Under the pieces are notes generated by a model that was not told the origin of the DNA, searched no databases, and saw only the letters and a program-made list of their open reading frames with translations. Positions 28,582-38,324 of a DNA stretch of 64,000 bases are shown here, piece after piece. Source of the stretch: a virus; UHGV virus genome UHGV-0279745; one strand, given 5' to 3'. The stretch's first letter is position 1; each line of letters opens with the position of its first letter. The translations under genes were made by a program, and so were the position numbers.

Positions 28582-31536
28582 TTAATCGGCGGTAGTATCG
28601 TGACGGTTATAAACAATCACGATATCGTCTTTAAGTCCGATGTCGCCGCTGGCCTCAATGTCCAGCTTTTTACCTATAGTTGCTCTTGATGCTTCCGAAA
28701 CAACGGTAAAGAGACGCATGTCTTTATCTGGTCCCATAGCATCGAGTTCAACACCGATAATAGACGCATCGAGGGTTTCACTCAACGCATTACCGATTTC
28801 TGTTGCAGAGATCGTTAGATGACTACCCAAGTAATCATTGATAACCTGAGACGTTTTCTTACGAATCTGCGTTAAGAGCTCGGTGTTATTACGGTTAGCA
28901 GCTGTTAGGTAATAACGCACGGTGAACTGGTTTTCCGCAGGGACAGGCGTTACTACCCCGTCCTCGGTACGGGCGTCGATATACCCCATTGTTGTAATCG
29001 GCACAAAGTAACCTTCGGTACGTTCTAACAACATAGGTTTCAAAGTCGGAAGTATTACCGTAACGTAGTTAACGATGTTTTCGATAACTTCATTCAGATA
29101 CGATTTTGCAGAAGGTGTCGTCGCGAATTTATATCGCGCATCGAATACCGCCATCTCACTACGGAATTTGATAGAACGCGATTTCGCAATCTTCGGATTG
29201 CCGAATTCGTCTTTAACTAAGTCTCCTTCACGATGTAGGACGATCTGTTGTCCAGCCTCGTCGAGTTTTGGATCACCTTTACGATGCTCGTACGTAATCT
29301 GAAGTGGTGGCGTGCGACCTGCGTCGTAGGTGTAGATTGGTACACCGTTCTCATCGCGTTTAACCACATCGATTTCCCACGTTGCCATCACGTCTTTTTC
29401 GTAATACTGGTAGTTAATGCTGTCAGTAACAGCACGCGCTTTACGCCAGTAGTACGTCATTGCTTTACCCAATTCGATTTTGAAAATCTCGTGAGTAATA
29501 CCAATCGCATCGCGTGACGGGGCAGTGATTAACGCATCCATTTCCGCACGTTCGTAATTACCAGGATAATAACCGGTGCAGCCGTAGAACAGGTTGAAGT
29601 CCGTCATCAGCGGTACAGGCGTTTCCGTGGGTGTGCTACTACTAATGCGTGTATTCGTTAGCATTAATTCGTCGTTACGGTCAACGTCTAGGTTGGTTTC
29701 CAGCAGGAATTCCCAAACGCGTTCACTACCCTGTTTACCGACTAACGTACCGTTGATATACGCTAAAGTGTTGTCTGCGTTACGTGGACGGAACGATAGC
29801 TGTGCAAAAACTTGATCGTCGGTCAGTGCTTGATAAGGTGCTTCTGACTTCGTTACGGTGCGCAATACGTAACCTGCTTCGGTCTTTTCGATAGTGTAGT
29901 CGGCTGTTACCACACTGAGTTCCGTGCTTACGTTAGTGGCAATAAAGCGTTTGGAGTTTAACGTCGGTTTATCTAATTGATAAATACGAACGTCAATGGC
30001 TTTGTTGTTGATATCCACAACGTAATGGAATGGTGTAAAGAGATAACGATTAGCGTTGGCCGCGTTAATCAAATCTTCTTTACGCATGGTTTTTGCCAAG
30101 ACCGTCATCTCCGCATCAACCGTCAGGCTGGTGTCGGTGAACCGATAAAGTGTGTCAGGAAGAATCGTCAGGCGATTACCGTTAACCTTTACCGTTGGTA
30201 GATTAACCAATTCATTCCAGGAGAAATAGAACGGTGCCGTGATTGTCCCGATGGGAGAACTGACATTAGGAATTGTCGATTCGAGCATCGGTGCCGTTAA
30301 GAAGTAAGTACGGCTAGTAACATAGTCGTTTGGTTTCGACAACGTTAGACCGTAGTCAGAAACCGTTGCTTCTAATTGTTTCTCCGTTACAGGGAGTTTT
30401 CGTGCACCTACAGCGTTGTTGACTACACGTGTACGCAAATCTTCGAACGTGAGCTGGCTACGACCACCTGACAACATTTTACCTGCTTTTGCAGCCATCT
30501 GTTTGATGGAAAAACTCTTAATCGGGTTAACGTAGTTTTCGTCGTATTCGCCGTTTAAATCACGCAATGTAAACGTGTATTCGTCAGACGGATAAGCCGA
30601 GATATCGACACTTAAAGGCCCTAAGGTCGTGTAGATATCCATACGAATTTCGCCGCTGACCAAGTTCTTCGCCATGTAGATCGAGGGGATAGTACACCGT
30701 ATAACACCGTCACCGACCTGGATTAACGCGGTTGGGGTGTTGGGGTCGTAAACGTCACGACTGTGCGTATGCTGAATTTCAACCCACTTGTTATCGTTGG
30801 TTGATTTCATCCACACCCTTACGTAGAAAAATTTGTTAGTGTAATGGCGGGTCATGACAAAGGTATTTTTCCCCGCAACGGTGTCACTTTCGTTCTTCAC
30901 CGCATACTGCATAACCGGGATATGGATTGCCAGTAGTTGCGAGGCCGTGGTGTTAGACGACGTCAACTCCCAATCCAGCGCATTCGTCGACACAGGAGAA
31001 ATAGGTGACTGTGTTTCGGTAATCCAAAGAACCTGAAACGCTGGGTTTTCATTGGTGCCGTAAGGAAGTACCCTGATTTCAATCGGGTACTGGATGGCAA
31101 AGGTGTAACCTGACACCGTGAAAACTGTGTCACGTGGGATAACAACCTTACGCACACCCGCAATCTGTAAAGGGTACGCCTTAGAGATTAAACTATCAAC
31201 ATCGATTAATAACAACAGCTCGGTGGTTGAAGGTTGGGCGAACACATCAACGTAGTCCACATCGGACATATGTCGGAACAGGTCGTCGTACGTTTGTGCC
31301 ATCGATGGAAATGTCTTTGGCACTGATTCTTGCAACCCCATAAGCGTTGCATGGCCCAACATTGTCCCCATTTCCGCCAAATAAACAACAGGGTCTGTTG
31401 GGTCACGTAGCACTATTTGGCCTTCGGCGTCTTCTACATCCAGAAGCTGATTCAAGAGCAGTGTTTGCATCGCTGCCGGATGGTGGGCAAACAACAATAT
31501 GTTCTTTGCCAAAGTATCGTAAGTCGTAGAACTCAT
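28582..31536 (-). CDS. hypothetical large protein (possible virion structural protein)
   Basis: 984-aa ORF on the minus strand, translationally coupled to the upstream minus gene. Confidence 0.6.
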   Translation of the reverse strand: MSSTTYDTLAKNILLFAHHPAAMQTLLLNQLLDVEDAEGQIVLRDPTDPVVYLAEMGTMLGHATLMGLQESVPKTFPSMAQTYDDLFRHMSDVDYVDVFAQPSTTELLLLIDVDSLISKAYPLQIAGVRKVVIPRDTVFTVSGYTFAIQYPIEIRVLPYGTNENPAFQVLWITETQSPISPVSTNALDWELTSSNTTASQLLAIHIPVMQYAVKNESDTVAGKNTFVMTRHYTNKFFYVRVWMKSTNDNKWVEIQHTHSRDVYDPNTPTALIQVGDGVIRCTIPSIYMAKNLVSGEIRMDIYTTLGPLSVDISAYPSDEYTFTLRDLNGEYDENYVNPIKSFSIKQMAAKAGKMLSGGRSQLTFEDLRTRVVNNAVGARKLPVTEKQLEATVSDYGLTLSKPNDYVTSRTYFLTAPMLESTIPNVSSPIGTITAPFYFSWNELVNLPTVKVNGNRLTILPDTLYRFTDTSLTVDAEMTVLAKTMRKEDLINAANANRYLFTPFHYVVDINNKAIDVRIYQLDKPTLNSKRFIATNVSTELSVVTADYTIEKTEAGYVLRTVTKSEAPYQALTDDQVFAQLSFRPRNADNTLAYINGTLVGKQGSERVWEFLLETNLDVDRNDELMLTNTRISSSTPTETPVPLMTDFNLFYGCTGYYPGNYERAEMDALITAPSRDAIGITHEIFKIELGKAMTYYWRKARAVTDSINYQYYEKDVMATWEIDVVKRDENGVPIYTYDAGRTPPLQITYEHRKGDPKLDEAGQQIVLHREGDLVKDEFGNPKIAKSRSIKFRSEMAVFDARYKFATTPSAKSYLNEVIENIVNYVTVILPTLKPMLLERTEGYFVPITTMGYIDARTEDGVVTPVPAENQFTVRYYLTAANRNNTELLTQIRKKTSQVINDYLGSHLTISATEIGNALSETLDASIIGVELDAMGPDKDMRLFTVVSEASRATIGKKLDIEASGDIGLKDDIVIVYNRHDTTAD

Positions 31537-32834
31537 CAGTTATTACCTGTCGGTAGTGAAGCGGCATTAGCGTTATCCAGTAATCCCGCTTTCTTGAGAA
31601 TATGTTGGTAGTCTGCCTGGTAAACATACCAGGTAAGTTTGCGTCGTACGGAATCGATGTGCGGATAACCGTAATAGTTAAACAACGGTAGCAATTGTGG
31701 CGCGATGGGTACTAATTGGTCACTAGCAATCGGGATGAAGTTGCCCGATTGAATGGAGCCTGGTTGCGGGAGCATATCGGGATTAAAAATGGAAACGGTG
31801 CGGTTAAACATTTCCATGTATAATGGATCGTTAAACCGCGCACCGATAGCTTGCCAGTTAATAGTAATCGTAACATCGTCGTTTAACTGCGGTTTGGAGT
31901 TATCAACGTTCGCCATTTGTCCCGCGTTATCGTTCATCGGCCAAGCGACGCAAATCGTCCAGAAACGGGTGATGTTCCCTAAGGCATCGTAACGCATCCC
32001 GTAGATTCGCGATTGATAATCGATTCTGCGTTGAATGGAGTTACGCATTTTCGGACGGAACTTACCCATCTTCACACCAGACATATACTCCAGCCACACA
32101 CCCATCATTTTCATCAATGGGTCGCCATAGGGGTTGTTTAATGACATGCTGATGGAAAAGCTGTTGTTAACTTCGTGGGTAGAGTCAACCATCCCCCACT
32201 GTTCACGCATTAAACCTTCACTTGCCATCCAGTTATCAATAGATTGATCGGGTGCACCACTAAGGCTAATCAGCTGCGTACTGAGTATTGGTATGAACGC
32301 TTGTAGATTATCGAATTTTACTTGAGGCATAAACGGCGTACCTAAGCGATTCTTCCGCCTACCGTTTTCCATAGGTGCGTCCGTAAATCCGAGTTCAAAA
32401 TCGGGGTCAAGCGCAGCTAAAATCGAATAATCTATGGAGTCCTTTGGCTGCATTGCCATGTTCGACATTTTACGAGACTTAGCAATGTTGTCGTAGCACA
32501 GGTTAAAATCGGGCCGGGTAATAAAAGTTAGTCCACCGTATTCTCGGTTGATTGGCGTGGGGTTAGACGCCATCATATGGTTGAACCCCATGTAGGGGTT
32601 GGTCAAACGCTGCGCAGCAAGACCCAAACCTACAGTAAGACGGATACGATCGTTCCATGCCGTAAGTTCAGTATTAGCGTCGTAAGGCGTCGGGGGGTTA
32701 GCATTACTAATCCGACCGTCGAAATACCCTGCGACCGAAGGCACTGCGTCCGCATTATTCGGATTGTGGAGAGAATCGTCGTAATCAGTATTCGGGTCAT
32801 ACCCCGGATCGTTCTTATCTGTCTCGTCACTCAT
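31536..32834 (-). CDS. hypothetical protein
   Basis: 432-aa ORF on the minus strand with an acidic N-terminus. Confidence 0.6.
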   Translation of the reverse strand: MSDETDKNDPGYDPNTDYDDSLHNPNNADAVPSVAGYFDGRISNANPPTPYDANTELTAWNDRIRLTVGLGLAAQRLTNPYMGFNHMMASNPTPINREYGGLTFITRPDFNLCYDNIAKSRKMSNMAMQPKDSIDYSILAALDPDFELGFTDAPMENGRRKNRLGTPFMPQVKFDNLQAFIPILSTQLISLSGAPDQSIDNWMASEGLMREQWGMVDSTHEVNNSFSISMSLNNPYGDPLMKMMGVWLEYMSGVKMGKFRPKMRNSIQRRIDYQSRIYGMRYDALGNITRFWTICVAWPMNDNAGQMANVDNSKPQLNDDVTITINWQAIGARFNDPLYMEMFNRTVSIFNPDMLPQPGSIQSGNFIPIASDQLVPIAPQLLPLFNYYGYPHIDSVRRKLTWYVYQADYQHILKKAGLLDNANAASLPTGNN

Positions 32835-32860
32835 CTTTAACTCCGGAGTTCATTAGGAAA

Positions 32861-33967
32861 ATGTTAGAAAAAACGTTTGAGACAAGCGTTGTCTCTTTCC
32901 TCTCCAGACTTCCCATGCTGTTTCGTTCACGTGCGGAGTCGATGGAGGAATTTAACTCAGTGCTCTATAACGAGCACATTACCTTAGTCGAACAAAGCCT
33001 GCTGGGTTTAGATTACCTTCCGGGAATTCTGGAGAAAATCCAAATTTTGCTGGCAGGAAACCAACTAACGGCTATCTCCCTGTTAACTGGTGTACCAGAT
33101 GTCGATATTATCGGTACACTGGATCAGGTCAGCACACGTCGTAGTGCGCTCGATAATGCAGTCCGCAGCGGTTCCCGCTTAGCAGCGCTTGCGGTCGGCG
33201 AATCTGCCCGTTATGGTTTACCGTCATACGATAAAATCGGCATTGCGGTCGGCGAATCTGCTCGTCGTGTTGCCCAAGAATCAAAAGGTTCAGTCAGTGG
33301 TGGGAAAGCTGATCCGATTAAACAGCTTTTCGATCAAGAAGGGTTGTCCAACGGGAAAATGTTCTCAGTAACATTCGAACGTGACGGTAATAAAGTCGAA
33401 CTCCCAATGCGTTTACGTTTGGATGTGAAATCCTTACCGACCGAACAAATTGAAACACTGATTGCGTTCAGTGACCAGACGAAAACATTCTGGGAACGTT
33501 GGCTGCGTGCACGCGTTGGCGCGTTGAGTTACGTAAAAGACATTGCGTTCTGTAACGACCTGGTAGAAGAATATCGTAAGAACCGTTATCGCGATAAGTC
33601 CGGTTATTACCGTAAGATGATGGAGAAGAAGAACGGTAACTGGCTGTCTGGTCTGCTGTCTTTGGCACCGTCTATCAATAACGCCTCTTCCGTTATGGTG
33701 GTTTCTCAAGACACCATCGACGGTTTGACCGCACAGCTAGGTGGCGAATTTGACGATTTCAATATCCGTCAGCGTGTGTTCAAAGACACCTTGACCGTCT
33801 ACTACGTTGTTGTGGACACCACCTGGAATCGTGTCACTATTTATACCCGTGGTCAGAACGGCTCTCAGGAACTCGATAAATCTGACTTTAGTAAATCGAA
33901 GTCTGGTAGCGCCGATGTAAATAAAATCATCGAAGCGTATCGCTCTGGCGCTCAGCCAGTTCTTTAA
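32861..33967 (+). CDS. hypothetical protein with internal AVGESAR duplication
   Basis: 368-aa ORF; RBS AGGAAA; 17-nt direct repeat GCGGTCGGCGAATCTGC at 33191 and 33245. Confidence 0.55.
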   Translation: MLEKTFETSVVSFLSRLPMLFRSRAESMEEFNSVLYNEHITLVEQSLLGLDYLPGILEKIQILLAGNQLTAISLLTGVPDVDIIGTLDQVSTRRSALDNAVRSGSRLAALAVGESARYGLPSYDKIGIAVGESARRVAQESKGSVSGGKADPIKQLFDQEGLSNGKMFSVTFERDGNKVELPMRLRLDVKSLPTEQIETLIAFSDQTKTFWERWLRARVGALSYVKDIAFCNDLVEEYRKNRYRDKSGYYRKMMEKKNGNWLSGLLSLAPSINNASSVMVVSQDTIDGLTAQLGGEFDDFNIRQRVFKDTLTVYYVVVDTTWNRVTIYTRGQNGSQELDKSDFSKSKSGSADVNKIIEAYRSGAQPVL

Positions 33968-33977
33968 GGGGTAAGGC

Positions 33978-34913
33978 ATGGCAATCCCGAATATGCTCGC
34001 TATGTTGTTGCCGAGCTTTGAAGCAACAAACTTGAAAAACCAACTCTCATCAAACTGCGATGCGATTGGTGAACAACTTTTACCGCGTTTCCAGTCTCTG
34101 CAAGAGCTGGTAGCGTCGAAAGAAGGCAAGCCGTTTAAATCGAAAACGGTGCAGGACATGTCGGATGATTTGGTTAAATACCTGCGGAATTCCGGTCTGG
34201 AAGCCAAAGGTCTCCGTAATCCTTCGATGCTGGAATACATCGTTGCCTCGATGGAAAACACGCTACAATTGCGTTCTTTCTTAGACCAATGTATTACGCG
34301 TGACATTGGTAAAGCGTTAGTCACGTCTTCAATGACGTTTAATAAATTAACGGTGCTCAGACTGCTTGACCTGATTGACTTCTTTACAGGTTACAGTGCC
34401 ACCTTACTTAACTACGTAACCGCAGAAGAAATAGCCGCCGTAGAAGGCTCGAATATTGAAGTAAAAGGCGTCGGTCCGAATGACCTTCAATACCTCAATA
34501 CTCGTTCTATTTCTTACTGCATTGCTGTCCGTGTGCTGGCAACGCCGCTGAATAAACTGAAAGCGGATTATGCGGAAATTCCTGAAGCGATCTTTAACGA
34601 CGAAACTTACGGTGAGTTGGCGCAACAGTTCGGTTCGAGCTCCGTTGACCCACTGGGAATGAGCAGTGTACCGTTCCCAATCTCGCTGATATTGCGCGTA
34701 CGTTTGAATATCGCTGAACGGCAGATGGATAAGTACGACGAGTGTGTAGAAGCGGCGAAAGCGGCGGAACTGCGTATCTTACTTTACAAAAAGCAAGTCG
34801 CAGAAGGTAAGGGTGATGCCCACATTGAGAAACTGATTGAAATCAGTGAAAAGCATCTGATGGAACTCAAGCACAAGCGTGAGCGTCTTGAAAAGAAATA
34901 CGGTTTAGCGTAA
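33978..34913 (+). CDS. hypothetical protein
   Basis: 311-aa ORF with RBS AAGGGG. Confidence 0.55.
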   Translation: MAIPNMLAMLLPSFEATNLKNQLSSNCDAIGEQLLPRFQSLQELVASKEGKPFKSKTVQDMSDDLVKYLRNSGLEAKGLRNPSMLEYIVASMENTLQLRSFLDQCITRDIGKALVTSSMTFNKLTVLRLLDLIDFFTGYSATLLNYVTAEEIAAVEGSNIEVKGVGPNDLQYLNTRSISYCIAVRVLATPLNKLKADYAEIPEAIFNDETYGELAQQFGSSSVDPLGMSSVPFPISLILRVRLNIAERQMDKYDECVEAAKAAELRILLYKKQVAEGKGDAHIEKLIEISEKHLMELKHKRERLEKKYGLA

Positions 34914-34930
34914 ACCGTTAGGAGAGGCGA

Positions 34931-35491
34931 ATGTTTGAGCACGATAGTCCTGAATTTAATGTTGCTGTAGAGCGCATTAAATCCTACATGTCGATTTTAT
35001 CGAAAAACCCAATCGACACACACGATGACGAGGTTATTCACAAAACACTGGAAGCCGCCGCCGTTATTTTACCGTACTTTCGTCTGATGGCTGCGGATTC
35101 TTTGCAGCAAGTATTATATGACGAATATCCGCAGGTCGGATTTACCTTTAATACGTTTTATAACGAAAGTGTAGATTTCTTGCTGGATGGTAAGCGACGT
35201 AATGTGACGTTAGGGCAGTGGTCGACTTTGCTGTCGTCGTATATGAACGATGTTCGTAACACGAAGAATGTTGAACAGACGGGTGCATTAGGCTCGCGTC
35301 TATTAGCTGCTGCGTTTGGTCGCCGAGGTACTGTACGTAATATGGGCTCTGCTCACCAATCCGTTGAGTGTAGCAAACGTCTTTTATCTTATGCAGACCA
35401 TGAACTGCTGGCACGCTGGATGACGCGCCCGAACGGGTTGTCCGACATGATCTCGTCGTTAGCAGTGTTTTTGAAAATCGCACGTCCCTAA
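34931..35491 (+). CDS. hypothetical protein
   Basis: 186-aa ORF with RBS AGGAGAGG. Confidence 0.55.
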   Translation: MFEHDSPEFNVAVERIKSYMSILSKNPIDTHDDEVIHKTLEAAAVILPYFRLMAADSLQQVLYDEYPQVGFTFNTFYNESVDFLLDGKRRNVTLGQWSTLLSSYMNDVRNTKNVEQTGALGSRLLAAAFGRRGTVRNMGSAHQSVECSKRLLSYADHELLARWMTRPNGLSDMISSLAVFLKIARP

Positions 35492-35550
35492 GGGGGCCCC
35501 TCATTCTAGGGGCGTGTAATTGGGTTATATAACCAAAGGAAATAAACGAA

Positions 35551-36822
35551 ATGGCAAATTTCGCAAAAACTCGCGCCGCTCGTGAATCGATGGAAGCGGC
35601 CGATGAAGTAATCGACGGTATCAGCAACGTTGAACCGGCAGAAGAGAACCTGGACGTCCAACTTGCGGACGTAGCATCTATCGACGGTCAGCTCGATCAG
35701 CTGGAAACCGACGGTGAAACCCTGGCTGCCGATACCGAGCGTACTGAAGACGCTATCGAACAGGCGGAAGAAGCCGTTGCTAACGGTGAAGAAATGCCGG
35801 AAGAAGCGGTTGCCCTGCACGAAGTGGCACAGGAATCCATCGCACGTCGTTGGTGCCTGGAACGTACTAAGCTGGCTCGCGAATCCTATCGTCGTGGCCG
35901 TGGTATGACTGCTGCTGCCCAGGAAGGTTGGAAAGAAACCCTGAAAGATCTTTACGATCGTTTCATTCAGTTCTGTAAAGAAGTGATTGCGAAGATCAAA
36001 GACCTGAAACTGAAATATTTCAACGTCGGTAAGACCGCACAGAAACGTGCGAAGAAATATCAGGAAATGCTGCGTAAGCTGGGCAAACAGAAGAAAGATG
36101 AGATCTCTGGTGGCTTTATCACCAAGCTGTCTATCGAAGGTAAATTCGATGCTGCTGGCTCTATCGCTATTGCGAAAGAAGTTACCGCAGGTAAAGCTAA
36201 AGGTTCCATCGCTGTTCTGGAAAAACAAGCTGGTGAAGCTGTGACTGCCGTTACCAAAGGTGACGATGACGCATTCAAGGCAATGCGTGGTGATCAGCCG
36301 GTAGAACTGTTTGGTAAAGCTGCTTCTAAACTGCACACTCTGCCGAACTTTGAAAAAGGTGATGCGTCTAAACTGCTGGCTCTGCCGGGCAACGCTTACA
36401 TTCAGGCTGGTACTAAAGAACTGGCTGGCGGCCACAAGTTCACCGCAATTGCTTTCATGAGCACCGGTGACGCTTCTGACGATAAAGACGTGAAAACTCC
36501 GTCTGTTTCTGAAATGGCTGGTGCTGCTTCTGCTCTGGAAGCGATCGGTAAAGGTTTCGAAGCCGTACTGAAAGATTTCCGTGCTTACGATTCTGAAATC
36601 GTGAAGCTGCAACAGGCTGCTGAGAATGCTGCTAAGGCGCTGAACAACGAAAAAGACGATAGCAAGTGGGATGGCCTGCGTAACGCACGTCAAGCTGCCG
36701 ATTGGTCTGTTAAGAACTACCAGACCCTGAACCGCGCAGTTAGCTATGTTGCTAACACCGTTATTAGCGGTCTGAATGGCTACCTGGGTGCTGGTATCGG
36801 TGCTTACGAAAAATCTAAATAA
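35551..36822 (+). CDS. abundant acidic protein, tandem paralog A (virion/inner-body-like candidate)
   Basis: 423 aa with strongly optimised codons; shares an MANF-K-ARESME N-terminus, a central RKLGKQKKDEISGGFI block and a GLNGYL-AGIGAYEKSK C-terminus with 36905-38170. Confidence 0.7.
   Translation: MANFAKTRAARESMEAADEVIDGISNVEPAEENLDVQLADVASIDGQLDQLETDGETLAADTERTEDAIEQAEEAVANGEEMPEEAVALHEVAQESIARRWCLERTKLARESYRRGRGMTAAAQEGWKETLKDLYDRFIQFCKEVIAKIKDLKLKYFNVGKTAQKRAKKYQEMLRKLGKQKKDEISGGFITKLSIEGKFDAAGSIAIAKEVTAGKAKGSIAVLEKQAGEAVTAVTKGDDDAFKAMRGDQPVELFGKAASKLHTLPNFEKGDASKLLALPGNAYIQAGTKELAGGHKFTAIAFMSTGDASDDKDVKTPSVSEMAGAASALEAIGKGFEAVLKDFRAYDSEIVKLQQAAENAAKALNNEKDDSKWDGLRNARQAADWSVKNYQTLNRAVSYVANTVISGLNGYLGAGIGAYEKSK
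36082..36121 (+). repeat. 40-bp perfect direct repeat, copy 1 (shared with 37478-37517)
   Basis: GGCAAACAGAAGAAAGATGAGATCTCTGGTGGCTTTATCA is identical in both paralogs. Confidence 0.8.
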
Positions 36823-36904
36823 TCATTTAGATTCGTAGTTCCGTACAGTTCTTGAAATAAATCATCAGGGGAACAATACGTTCCCCTTAGAGGAAAAGCT
36901 TAAA

Positions 36905-38170
36905 ATGGCGAATTTCTACAAAAACAAAATTGCTCGTGAGTCTATGGAGTCTACTTCTACTGTAGTTCCAGACGGCATCGAACTGCCAGCAGAATCCGTA
37001 GAAGGCACTCTGGCCGATATCGAGCATGACACCAAACCGATCGAAGCTCTGGACGCTGACGCTGAACTGCTGGCAGAAGACGGCGACGAAACTGACGCTC
37101 AGCTGGATGTTCTGGATGAAGCTCAGGCTGCTGCTGACGGTGAAGGTGCTGGCGAAGACGGTGAAGAACCGATGGACGCCGAAGAAGATATGCCGGACGA
37201 CGCTGCGACTGCGCTGGACGTTGCTCAGGAATCTATCCGTTCTCGTTGGAACTTCGAACACCGTTCTTCTGTTGCTCACGAATCCTACGGTTCTCGTAAC
37301 CGTCGTCAGGTTGCTCGTGAATCCCTGTGGGAAGACATCAAAGCCTTCCTGGGCCGTATTCTCGATTGGCTGAAAGAACAAGGCCGCAAACTGAAAGATC
37401 GCTGGCTGAAATTCCACAACCAGGGTAAATCTATTCAGGCGCGTGCTAAGAAATACGATGAAGTTATTCGTAAGCTTGGCAAACAGAAGAAAGATGAGAT
37501 CTCTGGTGGCTTTATCAAGTCTCTGTCTATCGACGGCAAGTTCGTCGGCGATAATATTCCGAAACTGAAAGGTATCCTTAACCAGGTCTCCTCGTTCTAT
37601 AGCGCTAAGATGCCTGCCATGGCCGCTAAAGCTGCTGAAGTGGTTTCCGATGTTACCAAAGGTAATGGTGTTAAAGTTGAAAAACTGAAAGCCGACTTTA
37701 CCGAACTGTCCAAACAAGACAGTCTCCAAAACTTCAAGCTCGGTAACATGGCGGTGAAAACCGAGTATGACAACGAAGGCGGCTTCAGCTCCACCTTTGT
37801 TGAAGCTGAAAACAGCGTTGAAACTAGCGTGAAAACTCCGTCTGTTGGCGAACTGGCCAAAATCAATGCTCTCTTCAACGAAGTGGGTAAACAGATTGAG
37901 AAAAACGTTCAGGATTATCGTAAAGTCGAAAGCGCGCGTAAAACCTTTGAAGATAATATCGATAAGCTCCTGAAAGAAGTCGATAAAGTTAAGATCGACG
38001 AAAAACCGGAACTGACCGAAGGTGTACGTGCTGCCCGTCGTTTCATCACCAGCGTTAACCAGGGTCTGTCTCTGGGTGAGAAGGTTATTGCTTCTACTCA
38101 GAAACACCTGGCCGGTGGTCTGAACGGTTACCTGAGTGCCGGTATCGGCGCTTACGAAAAATCTAAATAA
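36905..38170 (+). CDS. abundant acidic protein, tandem paralog B
   Basis: 421 aa; paralog of 35551-36822; optimised codons; followed by a strong terminator. Confidence 0.7.
   Translation: MANFYKNKIARESMESTSTVVPDGIELPAESVEGTLADIEHDTKPIEALDADAELLAEDGDETDAQLDVLDEAQAAADGEGAGEDGEEPMDAEEDMPDDAATALDVAQESIRSRWNFEHRSSVAHESYGSRNRRQVARESLWEDIKAFLGRILDWLKEQGRKLKDRWLKFHNQGKSIQARAKKYDEVIRKLGKQKKDEISGGFIKSLSIDGKFVGDNIPKLKGILNQVSSFYSAKMPAMAAKAAEVVSDVTKGNGVKVEKLKADFTELSKQDSLQNFKLGNMAVKTEYDNEGGFSSTFVEAENSVETSVKTPSVGELAKINALFNEVGKQIEKNVQDYRKVESARKTFEDNIDKLLKEVDKVKIDEKPELTEGVRAARRFITSVNQGLSLGEKVIASTQKHLAGGLNGYLSAGIGAYEKSK
37478..37517 (+). repeat. 40-bp perfect direct repeat, copy 2
   Basis: Identical to 36082-36121. 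Confidence 0.8.
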
Positions 38171-38186
38171 TCCCTGATTGTTTAGT

Positions 38187-38235
38187 AAGAGAACCACCCT
38201 GTAATGGGGTGGTTCTCTCTTTTCTTTTTTTTTTC
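38187..38235 (+). terminator. rho-independent terminator
   Basis: Stem AGAGAACCACCC / GGGTGGTTCTCT followed by a 16-nt T-run. Confidence 0.7.
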
Positions 38236-38247
38236 GATTAAAATAAT

Positions 38248-38289
38248 TTTCAGATATATATTACCTAGGTGAGATTACACAGTAATCTC
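38248..38289 (+). promoter_or_regulatory. candidate phage promoter (TATATTAC core) plus downstream inverted repeat
   Basis: 27-nt element TTTCAGATATATATTACCTAGGTGAGA is identical to 46505-46531; TATATTAC at 38257-38264; perfect inverted repeat GAGATTAC-aca-GTAATCTC at 38271-38289; about 68 nt upstream of ATG 38325. Confidence 0.5.
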
Positions 38290-38324
38290 TTTACGACTTG
38301 TTTATTACGTTTAGGAGAAATATC

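Noticed and set aside
35485-35512. GC-rich overlapping palindromes CCCCTAAGGGGGCCCCTCATTCTAGGGG after 34931-35491
   Set aside because: Could form alternative hairpins but no T-run follows; not called as a terminator.
35506-36693. 395-aa antisense ORF on the minus strand
   Set aside because: Lies entirely opposite the codon-optimised paralog A gene; a stop-free antisense frame is the expected by-product of strong codon bias; the translation is low-complexity and lacks start signals.
36887-38197. 436-aa antisense ORF on the minus strand
   Set aside because: Same artefact, opposite paralog B.
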